This document shows, in pieces, positions 1-7,848 of a stretch of 11,053 nt of DNA. A program made the position numbers and the translations under genes. The DNA lies in contig JBILDU010000097.1 in NCBI GenBank assembly GCA_044352465.1, positions 1 to 11,053 of the forward strand, given 5' to 3'. The DNA is from Bdellovibrionota bacterium. Its GTDB lineage: Bacteria > Bdellovibrionota_C > UBA2361. Below the pieces are notes generated by a model, which was not told the origin of the DNA, searched no databases, and saw only the letters and a program-made list of their open reading frames with translations. Positions within the stretch are counted from its first letter, which is position 1, and each line of letters starts with the position of its first letter.

Positions 1-1
1 C

Positions 2-403
2 CCCCGCCCCGCTCGTATCTGCCGAATACTACTCGAGGAGTTCGCAGCACCACTGGAGGTCCTCGGTTCAGCCCTCGGGGTTCTTCTCCCCGAAGATGCT
101 GCCCTCGAATGGGGCGAATTCCCAATCATGCGCGCCGATGTCGTTTCCGGAGCGAAGGCTCGGCTGACCGGAGGAAGGGAGGATATCCCGCCCCCTGGGG
201 AAGCGATCGCTCTCGCGGTAGTGCTCGACGCGGTTCGACACCTTCACATGAGTCAACCGGAGTCAGCTCACGCGGAAGCAGTGCTCAGCACGGCGAAGCT
301 GGTTCTAGGGGGCACGACATCCGGGAGCGAGGTCTCGCGGCTCGTGACCCTCGTTGAACACGCCATCGTTCGTTATGAATCGAGGAGGAAACATGGCGCC
401 TGA
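2..403 (+). CDS. 5'-truncated hypothetical protein; possible degenerate RelA/SpoT-like HD (HD_4/Mesh1-type) domain
   Basis: The frame of ORF 128..403 is open back to the window edge (PRPARICRILLEEFAAPLEVLGSALGVLLPEDAALEWGEFPIMRADVV...). Its TGA at 401-403 overlaps the plsC start. Segments resemble HD_4 helices (HPxRVAxIL, AALLHDxxED, IKLADRLxNxRxL), but the HD dyad is missing. Confidence 0.6.
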   Translation, partial: PRPARICRILLEEFAAPLEVLGSALGVLLPEDAALEWGEFPIMRADVVSGAKARLTGGREDIPPPGEAIALAVVLDAVRHLHMSQPESAHAEAVLSTAKLVLGGTTSGSEVSRLVTLVEHAIVRYESRRKHGA

Positions 404-1184
404 CTCTCTGGTGACGCGAGCCCTCAGCTGGATCTTAACCCCGCTGTTTCTTCTCGTCTCCCTCATCACTCTGCTTGTCTGGCATCCGATTATCTGGGTA
501 ACCCGGCGGGTAAATCCCCAACTACATAGTTGGTGGGTTTGTCTGGGGAACGGCTGCCTCCTCTTCTATCTAAAAATTCTCGGCACCCGTGTCCGGATTG
601 AGCACCTTGCCCCCCTTCCACCCGGGCCCCTCGTCGTCGTTTCAAACCATCAAAGTTTTTACGATATTCCCCTCCTTCTGTGGGGACTGCGAGAACGCTT
701 TCCGCGGTTCGTTGCCAAACGAGAACTCGGTCGCGGACTGCCAAGCGTTTCCTCGGTCTTACGACTTGATGGATCGGCGCTTGTCGATAGGAAAGACCCC
801 CATCAGGCGATTGCGGCGGTAAAGGCGCTGGGGAAGCGCGTAGCAAGTCACGGCTGGACCGCCTGCATCTTCCCTGAGGGCACCCGCTCGCGTGACGGCG
901 CGGTGCGCCCCTTCAAGCCCGCGGGGCTTCTAGCTCTCCTCGCCGAGGCACCTCAAGCAGCGGTGGTGCCGGTGACCATCAGCGGCTCATGGGGCCTCAT
1001 GCGCTCAAATTTTCTCCCTGTTCCGTGGGGAGTACGGGTCACCATGCGAGTTCATCCTGCCATCCCTCGCGTCGGGGACGACAAAGTTCTGGTAGAGACA
1101 GTGGAAGGGCTGATTCGAGGGGAACTCCGAACGGCGGACCGGAATAACGTGCCTCAGACTCACGCCGAGCCGAAGGCTGGTTAA
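393..1184 (+). CDS. plsC: 1-acyl-sn-glycerol-3-phosphate acyltransferase (lysophospholipid acyltransferase family)
   Basis: Catalytic NHQSFYD (HX4D) motif, FVAKREL block, FPEGTRS motif and VVPVTISG, plus hydrophobic N-terminal segments. SD GAGGAGG at 382-388 precedes ATG 393, which is preferred over the listed TTG at 354. Confidence 0.9.
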   Translation: MAPDSLVTRALSWILTPLFLLVSLITLLVWHPIIWVTRRVNPQLHSWWVCLGNGCLLFYLKILGTRVRIEHLAPLPPGPLVVVSNHQSFYDIPLLLWGLRERFPRFVAKRELGRGLPSVSSVLRLDGSALVDRKDPHQAIAAVKALGKRVASHGWTACIFPEGTRSRDGAVRPFKPAGLLALLAEAPQAAVVPVTISGSWGLMRSNFLPVPWGVRVTMRVHPAIPRVGDDKVLVETVEGLIRGELRTADRNNVPQTHAEPKAG

Positions 1185-1197
1185 TCGATCGAGAAAG

Positions 1198-1213
1198 TGA
1201 TAACCTCCCGCCA
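1198..1213 (+). promoter_or_regulatory. Putative extended -10 promoter with GC-rich discriminator for the tRNA
   Basis: TGaTAACCT (1198-1206) followed by CCCGCC about 15 nt upstream of the tRNA 5' end, as in stable-RNA promoters. No clear -35 element. Confidence 0.35.
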
Positions 1214-1221
1214 TCCTGCGG

Positions 1222-1305
1222 GCCGAAGTGGCGGAACTGGTAGACGCGTCGGACTCAAAATCCGATACTCGCAAGGGTGTGTGGGTTCAATTCCCTCCTT
1301 CGGCA
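1222..1305 (+). tRNA. tRNA-Leu (anticodon CAA)
   Basis: Acceptor stem GCCGAAG/CTTCGGC, D-arm TGGCGGAACTGGTAGACGC, anticodon stem TCGGA/TCCGA with loop CT-CAA-AA (CAA at 1256-1258), long variable arm TACTC-GCAA-GGGTG, T-loop TTCAATT and discriminator A1305. CCA is not encoded. Confidence 0.97.
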
Positions 1306-1478
1306 CTCAAATTGGCATAGTAAGCGAGTCGAATCACCGGAAGGCTCTTGGAGCCGGGGATGGTCTTGTCCCAAGCCGCTCTCGTGACACAAGGGTGTCC
1401 GCCAGGTATCTTCGCAAAATTGGGGATCTTCTGATTTTGGAAAAGACGTACAATTCAAAGCCGATGAGGAATTCTCTC

Positions 1479-2054
1479 ATGCGCCCCTCCAACCACTTCG
1501 TCGGGTTTCATCGATCGCTTACTGGGCTTTTTGTGGGCGGTGCGCTTGCCCTCCTCTCCGGCTGTGCCCCCGCAACGCCGCCAGCGCCCCCATCCCCTCC
1601 GCTGAAGTCGCTTGATCTTTTCATGACTCGAAGTTCGCTCACGTCGACCGAATTCGAACAGTACTCTTTGAGCGAGGATTCATTATTTGGAGAATGTGGT
1701 GTCGTTGAGCGAGGTAAGTTTATCGCTCAAACCCAGAAGGTTGCCGCTCTCTCCCCTGAGATGTCCGCGGCACTCGCTGAGGCAAGTTGCGCGGTGCTCC
1801 GTTCGATCGAGGGAAGAAAATTATCTTTTGACCCTCCCGGCACAAAACCATCGCCTTTAGACCCTGGAGCTTTCGCGCTCAAGACCGGGTGCGGAGACAC
1901 CCCGGTTGAGGTGAAGACCTCCTTTGATACAGTGGTGAACGGGGAGACCAAACAGACCGAGGCTCTTGGAAAACTTACCAGACTTGTTCGTCTCGCCGCA
2001 GTTGAGGGGTGCGGGGGGCGTACGTTCTTCGGATTAACCCCACTCAAGCCTTAG
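1479..2054 (+). CDS. Hypothetical lipoprotein (about 191 aa)
   Basis: SD-like GAGGA at 1466-1470 precedes ATG 1479. The signal peptide ends in lipobox LSG-C (Cys29), followed by a Pro-rich tether (APATPPAPPSPP) and a globular region with four more Cys. The listed start at 1197 runs through the tRNA and is not credible. Confidence 0.75.
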   Translation: MRPSNHFVGFHRSLTGLFVGGALALLSGCAPATPPAPPSPPLKSLDLFMTRSSLTSTEFEQYSLSEDSLFGECGVVERGKFIAQTQKVAALSPEMSAALAEASCAVLRSIEGRKLSFDPPGTKPSPLDPGAFALKTGCGDTPVEVKTSFDTVVNGETKQTEALGKLTRLVRLAAVEGCGGRTFFGLTPLKP

Positions 2055-2055
2055 C

Positions 2056-2098
2056 AGCCGCTCGGCGCCCGATGCCCTGTGGTATGTGCCGGGCGGTT
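2056..2098 (+). terminator. Long GC-rich stem-loop directly after the lipoprotein stop (terminator-like or mRNA 3' stabiliser)
   Basis: AGCCGCTCGGCGC (2056-2068) pairs with GTGCCGGGCGGTT (2086-2098), with an inner stem ATGCC/GGTAT. The G:U pairs work only on the + strand transcript. The U-tract is weak. Confidence 0.45.
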
Positions 2099-2353
2099 CC
2101 TCTGTATTGATGGCTTATCAGCTCCGCCTCACAGGTTCTCTCTCGCGCTTCTTTGCCGGGCTCAGTGGTAACTCACTGAATTGCTTGTCGTTACGAAGCC
2201 GCGGCTCCGGTGCCACGCGACCCCCTCAGCCAGCCCCCTGGCGCGTTCTTTTTCGAGCCCCCAACCGTCGTTCGGGCATCATATCGGGGTGGAGTCTTGG
2301 GAGGATACCTTCCTGAGCGCGGTAATCACGACGAAGCTGCGACGGTGTATGCC

Positions 2354-3310
2354 ATGGTAGGCTCGCTCATTCGAATCGGATCGATCTTTCTTGCTGGAGC
2401 CATCCTTACAGGGTGCTCTACCCATGTCCCCACCGAAACGATCCTCACCAAGCGACTCGCCGATCGTGGCCCGGTTCCATTAAGCGCCGACAATCCCTTT
2501 ATCGCCTCGAATCTCCTGCTCAACAAGGAGATGGAGCGCTCCCCCGAGCTTAAAGGCTTCATCGACCATCGCGGCCAGCCCGCCACACTCGAAGTGGAGC
2601 GGTCGATGATCGGCCCTCTGAAGCTCAAACTCGTCTACGCAGACAACGGGGATCGTTTCGAACTCGAACGGGTCGACGACACCTGGGTTATCTCGGGTCC
2701 AATAAATCAGGTTGCCCCGCCGGGAACCACAGCCACCGTGGCAGACTCAAAGGTCGCCACGGCGCGCCCGAGCGACATCCCCGCGTCCCCCGTCGCCGCT
2801 GTGGCAGCCACTATTGCGAACCGATCGGAGCCTCTGAAGGGTATCCCAGAATCACCGACGGTTGTGCTCGCCAGTCGAATCGACCGAGACTCTCTCTCGA
2901 CAGACGAGCTCACGACCGCGCCAGCACCCGGACCAAGCGAGGTCCGCGCGGCGTTACGGTCGGCGCCTTTCGAATCCTCCGCATCAGCACCGCCAACTCG
3001 TCAGCGGGAGCTGCCGGAGAGTCGCTCCGAGATACTCACCCGACTGATCGAACGCTCAGCGGGACACAGCGCCGAGCTGTCTCCCCGCGGAGACGTAGTT
3101 CATTACGTAACCGAGCCACACGAGAGCTTCGCTCTCCTCGCCGAATGGTATACCGACTCCGCCGTTAACGCCCCCCGAGTCGCCCGAATGAATGGGCGGC
3201 AACCGACGAGCGCACTCGAGGCCGGCGATTCAGTCGTTATCCCGAGCTACCTCGTCACCAACAAAAATCGCCTCACCGCTGAAGCAGTCAAAGCTTTGCA
3301 CACCCCGTAA
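2354..3310 (+). CDS. Lipoprotein with C-terminal LysM-like peptidoglycan-binding domain (about 318 aa)
   Basis: MVGSLIRIGSIFLAGAILTG-C is a signal peptide with a lipobox. It is followed by an approximately 95-aa N-terminal domain, a long A/P/T/S-rich linker and a C-terminal HYVTEPHESFALLAEWYT...VARMNG...LEAGDSVVIP segment matching the LysM pattern. The start was chosen from the signal peptide; there is no clear SD. Confidence 0.8.
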   Translation: MVGSLIRIGSIFLAGAILTGCSTHVPTETILTKRLADRGPVPLSADNPFIASNLLLNKEMERSPELKGFIDHRGQPATLEVERSMIGPLKLKLVYADNGDRFELERVDDTWVISGPINQVAPPGTTATVADSKVATARPSDIPASPVAAVAATIANRSEPLKGIPESPTVVLASRIDRDSLSTDELTTAPAPGPSEVRAALRSAPFESSASAPPTRQRELPESRSEILTRLIERSAGHSAELSPRGDVVHYVTEPHESFALLAEWYTDSAVNAPRVARMNGRQPTSALEAGDSVVIPSYLVTNKNRLTAEAVKALHTP

Positions 3311-3458
3311 CCATTCCGACAGGTGAGCCCTCTCATACCCTCGTTCGCTCATTTAGCCTCAAATGCGCTCCGTAACTTCGCCGCGATCACGCGACGAGAA
3401 TCGACGGGAAAGATCAGCAACGTGATCGCCCATTGATTAAAAACGCAAGGAGCAATCT

Positions 3459-3833
3459 ATGAAAATGATGAAAACAATTCTGGGAGCCATGGCGCTCTCA
3501 ATCGGTCTCAGCGCAACAGCTTTCGCCGAACCCCCGACAACATCGTCCGGGAGTACAGGAGCGATGGCTGAGCAGAAACCGATGCGCGCCACGGAGAGCA
3601 AGAAAGAGTCAGCTCCGGCTGAACGAGCAGCGTTTCGCTGGGAGGGATCGGCTGAGCGTATTCAAAAGACACAAGAGGCGCTCAACAAACACGGCGCTAA
3701 CCTGAAGGTAGACGGAGTTCTTGGCGAGACGACACGCGACGAGCTACGCCGCTACCAACGGAACAACAAACTCACCGAGACCGGGCGCATCGATGATCCT
3801 ACCGCGAAGAGCTTAGGCGTCGAATCGAAATAA
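3459..3833 (+). CDS. Small secreted protein with a peptidoglycan-binding domain (PG_binding_1/PGBD-like)
   Basis: Strong SD AAGGAG (3447-3452) and a Sec signal peptide ending AFA. The C-terminal IQKTQEALNKHG...VDGVLGETTRDELRRYQRNNKLTETGRIDDPTAKSLG matches the PGBD consensus (QxxL...DGxxGxxTxxAxxxFQ...GxxDxxT). Confidence 0.88.
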   Translation: MKMMKTILGAMALSIGLSATAFAEPPTTSSGSTGAMAEQKPMRATESKKESAPAERAAFRWEGSAERIQKTQEALNKHGANLKVDGVLGETTRDELRRYQRNNKLTETGRIDDPTAKSLGVESK

Positions 3834-3858
3834 CTCTTCGAGGCTCAATCAGGTACAC

Positions 3859-3901
3859 TGCCCCTGCTCCGGTGCCTCTAGCTGAGGAGCGGAGCGGGGC
3901 A
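3859..3901. terminator. GC-rich hairpin between convergent genes (possible bidirectional terminator)
   Basis: TGCCCC(T)GCTCCG (3859-3871) pairs with CGGAGCGGGGCA (3890-3901), with an inner CCTC/GAGG stem. It abuts the rmd-like stop codon. There is no U-tract on either strand. Confidence 0.55.
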
Positions 3902-4831
3902 TCAGACCTGTTGTCGCCACGCGGTATAGATATCCTTTAAGGTTTGCTCGAGCGGATAGATCGGACGCCAACCGAGGTCCCGCTCCGCTTTAGCGTACGA
4001 GCCGTAGATCTCCGGGATGTCTATATGACGGAGACGAGCCGGATCGATTTCGACCGTCACACGAATCCCCGCAATCTCTATCAGAGTATCAAGGAGCGTT
4101 CGAATCGAAACGGCCTGGCCTGAGCAGAAAGTGTAGACCCCCTGCCCCTTTGCTGCCGCGAGTCGATACCCCCCAACCACATCACGCACATCGCTAAAAT
4201 CCCGGCGCGATCCGAGTTCTCCCACCCGCAGGACTGGGGCCGCCTTTCCAGCAGCGATAAGGGCAAGTTGACGGGCGAAACTGGAGGCGACGAACCGTTC
4301 ATTTTGCCCTGGACCGATATGGTTAAACGGTCGGGCGATCACCGCTTTGATTTGACCGAACTGGGTGTACCGCTGTGGGATGAGCTCGGCCATCGCTTTC
4401 GAAAGGCCATAATTGTTAACCGGCCGTAGCGGGGTCTCCTCCGTCAGTGGGAGATCCTCCGCTTGTACGCGGCCGTACATGTCCGCTGAGCTCACGATAA
4501 GGATGGTCGCCGCGCTCCCCAGCAGATGGCACCCTCGAAACACGTTGTTGACCGAGCCAACGTTGACAGCTAAGGCCCCTGCAAAATTCTCTTCGGCCTC
4601 AGGAACGAAAGCCATTCCGGCGAGATGAAATATCGTATCGGGCTTAAAATCGGCGATCGTCTCAGCAACCGCCACCGGGTCGGTGACGTCGAGCGGAACC
4701 ACAGGAAAAGAGAACTGACGGCCCAGCGCGGACGGGACCACCGTACCGAGCACCTCATCACCTGCAGCCATGAGATGGCGGAGGAGATAACTCCCCGCGA
4801 AACCACACGCCCCGGTAACAAGCGCTCGCAC
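3902..4831 (-). CDS. rmd: GDP-4-keto-6-deoxy-D-mannose reductase-like extended SDR (probable GDP-D-rhamnose synthase)
   Basis: TGACGFAG Rossmann motif, SSADMYG, catalytic YGLSK, and the Rmd-type [10 protein letters not shown]...FVASSFARQ and [10 protein letters not shown] segments. It lies directly downstream of gmd. GTG start with a GGGGGAG SD. Stereospecificity cannot be proven from motifs. Confidence 0.72.
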   Translation of the reverse strand: MRALVTGACGFAGSYLLRHLMAAGDEVLGTVVPSALGRQFSFPVVPLDVTDPVAVAETIADFKPDTIFHLAGMAFVPEAEENFAGALAVNVGSVNNVFRGCHLLGSAATILIVSSADMYGRVQAEDLPLTEETPLRPVNNYGLSKAMAELIPQRYTQFGQIKAVIARPFNHIGPGQNERFVASSFARQLALIAAGKAAPVLRVGELGSRRDFSDVRDVVGGYRLAAAKGQGVYTFCSGQAVSIRTLLDTLIEIAGIRVTVEIDPARLRHIDIPEIYGSYAKAERDLGWRPIYPLEQTLKDIYTAWRQQV

Positions 4832-4850
4832 AGCTCCCCCTTCGAAATCC

Positions 4851-5828
<978 letters not shown>

Positions 5829-5864
5829 CTATCAATCATAGAATCCTAGCGGAGCGAGGCGTCA

Positions 5865-6932
5865 TCAAACGAGATCCTTCCGCCCGCGCTCCTTTAACTC
5901 GTCAACGATTCGCCGTACATCTTGAACCCGATCCCGCGGACAGATGAGGAGTGCATCCCCCGCATCGATAATGATAAGGTTATCGCCCCCGAGGACCGCA
6001 GTCAGCCGATTCTCTGAATGCACCAAACAGTTCGTGGAATCGATGAGTAAGGCGTCTCCGCGCACGAGATTCCCCAGCTCGTCAGACTCGAAGTGCTCCG
6101 CCCACGCATCCCACGACCCCACATCGTTCCAGCCAAAATCTAGCGCCGCGATGACCGCGCAGTTACGGGCATGCTCCAAGACACCGAAGTCGATCGAAAC
6201 CGCCTCGAGCTTCTCGAAAACCTCGGCGGTGACCGGCCCCTCTGCAGGCGTACCGAGAACCGCTTCGATCTTCATCAATCCCGCGAACAACTCCGGCATC
6301 TCCTCCTCTATCGCCTCAAGGATCACATCGGCGCGCCAGGCGAACATGCCACTATTCCAGTAGAAGTCACCCGATTCGCAATACTTCCGCGCTCGCTCAA
6401 GGTTGGGTTTCTCATAGAACCGCCCCACCAAGTAACCGTTCCCCTTCAGTGCCGCGCTCCGCTTAATGTAGCCGTATCCAGTATGGGGATAGGATGGCGT
6501 TACCCCTATCGTGACAAGAAGATCCTCCGCCGCAGCCAGGGCGCAAGCTTCGTCAAGGGTCTTCAGAAGATTCCCCTCTTCCCGTACGGCATGATCCGCC
6601 GGGAGAACCACCATCACCCCTTTCGGCTGGTGGCGCCGCACATGGAGCGCGGCGAGTCCGATCGAGGCGGCGGTATTACGCCCCACCGGCTCGCACATCA
6701 CCGTGGCATAGGGGACGTGCTCGCGGATGAGAGCCTCATGCAATTTGTTCGTGACGATAAGAACGTTCTCCTGACCAACGAGCCCCACAATGCGGCGGGC
6801 CGTCGCTTGAATCAAACTCTCCCCATTCGCACTGATGGAGAGGAACTGTTTTGGCCGCTGCATCCGGCTAATCGGCCAAAAACGAGCCCCTTGCCCACCA
6901 GCTAGAATCACGACGGTCACATTCTCACGCAT
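5865..6932 (-). CDS. manC: Mannose-1-phosphate guanylyltransferase (short form without the C-terminal PMI cupin)
   Basis: ILAGGQGARFWPISR...PKQFL, EPVGRNTA, PADH, TGYGYI, FYEKP, WNSGMF, SIDFGVLE and GWNDVGSW. The 355-aa protein ends shortly after QDVRRIV. SD GAGGAG lies within the end of rfbD. Confidence 0.94.
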   Translation of the reverse strand: MRENVTVVILAGGQGARFWPISRMQRPKQFLSISANGESLIQATARRIVGLVGQENVLIVTNKLHEALIREHVPYATVMCEPVGRNTAASIGLAALHVRRHQPKGVMVVLPADHAVREEGNLLKTLDEACALAAAEDLLVTIGVTPSYPHTGYGYIKRSAALKGNGYLVGRFYEKPNLERARKYCESGDFYWNSGMFAWRADVILEAIEEEMPELFAGLMKIEAVLGTPAEGPVTAEVFEKLEAVSIDFGVLEHARNCAVIAALDFGWNDVGSWDAWAEHFESDELGNLVRGDALLIDSTNCLVHSENRLTAVLGGDNLIIIDAGDALLICPRDRVQDVRRIVDELKERGRKDLV

Positions 6933-6934
6933 CT

Positions 6935-7840
6935 CTATCGCTCCTCAGTTCCACCTTCGTGGACCGCAACTTTCAGACGATTGATATCTCGCAGGTGCGC
7001 TCGCAACCCCTCCCGCCAAGCGAGCGGACGGCGGCCCAACGCCTTCGACAATTTGGAGCAATCCATTACCGAGTACCGTGGACGCGCCGCAGGCCTCGGA
7101 AAATCAGCCACCGAGGTCCGTTCAAGGCGGCACACGGTGCCATCGGCAAGACGCGGCTCTGCAAGCGCCAAGATCTCCGCCGCAAAATCGTACCAACTGA
7201 TCGCTCCTGCACACGAAGCGTGAAAGACCCCTCCCACACCGAGCTTCGCGAGGTCGAGCATCGCCTCGGCCAGCCATCCCGCCCAGGTGGGAGACATAAA
7301 CTGATCATCCACCACCCGAACGACGTTCCGTTCCGCAAAAAGCTTCAGCATCGTGTGGACGAAATTCTCCCCACGCTGTCCATGAAGCGACGAGGTCCGC
7401 ACGACGAGCGCACGCTCCCCTAAAATGCTCACGACCGCTTCCTCACCCGCGAGCTTTGAAGCGCCGTACACGTTCTTCGGTCCTACCGGGGAGTCTTCGC
7501 TCAGCGGCACATCCCCGTCCCCGGAAAAAACGTAATCCGTTGAGACATGAATCAGGCGGGCCCCGACCGATTTCGCGGCTTCAGCGGCATGCGCCGCCCC
7601 CTCACGATTGACCCGATACGCCTTTGCCTGTTCCTCCTCAGCTTTATCGACAGCCGTGTAAGCCGCTGAGTTCACGATGAGCTCCGGCTTGAACTTTCGA
7701 GCGAGAAAGGTCACCTGGTCAAGATCCGCGATATCGACCTCCGATATCACCGGAGATACAATCTCGAAATTGAGGTCGTACGCCCGCTTCTGAATCTCGT
7801 AGCCCAACTGGCCACTACCACCAAAGAGAAGGATCCGCAT
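6935..7840 (-). CDS. rfbD: dTDP-4-dehydrorhamnose reductase (RmlD)
   Basis: GGSGQLG, NSAAYTAVDKAE, HVSTDYVF, catalytic YGASK, VVDDQFMSPT and RPAARPRYSVMD. The start MRILLFG at 7840 lies 8 nt after the rfbB stop; the listed 7912 start overlaps rfbB. Confidence 0.95.
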   Translation of the reverse strand: MRILLFGGSGQLGYEIQKRAYDLNFEIVSPVISEVDIADLDQVTFLARKFKPELIVNSAAYTAVDKAEEEQAKAYRVNREGAAHAAEAAKSVGARLIHVSTDYVFSGDGDVPLSEDSPVGPKNVYGASKLAGEEAVVSILGERALVVRTSSLHGQRGENFVHTMLKLFAERNVVRVVDDQFMSPTWAGWLAEAMLDLAKLGVGGVFHASCAGAISWYDFAAEILALAEPRLADGTVCRLERTSVADFPRPAARPRYSVMDCSKLSKALGRRPLAWREGLRAHLRDINRLKVAVHEGGTEER

Positions 7841-7848
7841 CGCTCGCC

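Noticed and set aside
1343..1399. Short hairpins in the tRNA trailer (GGCTC/GAGCC, GACAC/GTGTC) and an 11-nt repeat AGGCTCTTGGA also found near 1960
   Set aside because: The stems are only 5 bp with no U-tract, and the second repeat copy is in coding sequence, so chance is a sufficient explanation.
1197..1478. N-terminal extension of ORF 1197..2054 across the tRNA
   Set aside because: It overlaps a canonical tRNA, and the SD and lipoprotein signal peptide point to a start at 1479 (or 1464).
2170..2300. c-di-AMP (ydaO) riboswitch upstream of the LysM gene
   Set aside because: Fragments such as CTGAAT and GGGGTG are present, but their order is wrong and the GGGGAACC and CCGTCAGCTAAC elements are missing.
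2086..2353. ORF 2086..2316 and the 2210 extension of the LysM ORF
   Set aside because: Neither has a convincing SD or protein-like features, and the extension would bury the lipoprotein signal peptide 48 residues inside the protein.
1290..3900. Genomic island integrated at tRNA-Leu(CAA)
   Set aside because: There is no integrase or other mobility gene, and I found no downstream repeat of the tRNA 3' end. The only similar stretch (ATTCCCCTCCTTC, 666-678) lies inside plsC and looks coincidental.
5865..6932. The nucleotidyltransferase being the missing RmlA
   Set aside because: Its motifs (RFWPxSR, EPxGRNTA, WNSGMF, GWNDVGSW) are ManC-type, not RmlA-type.
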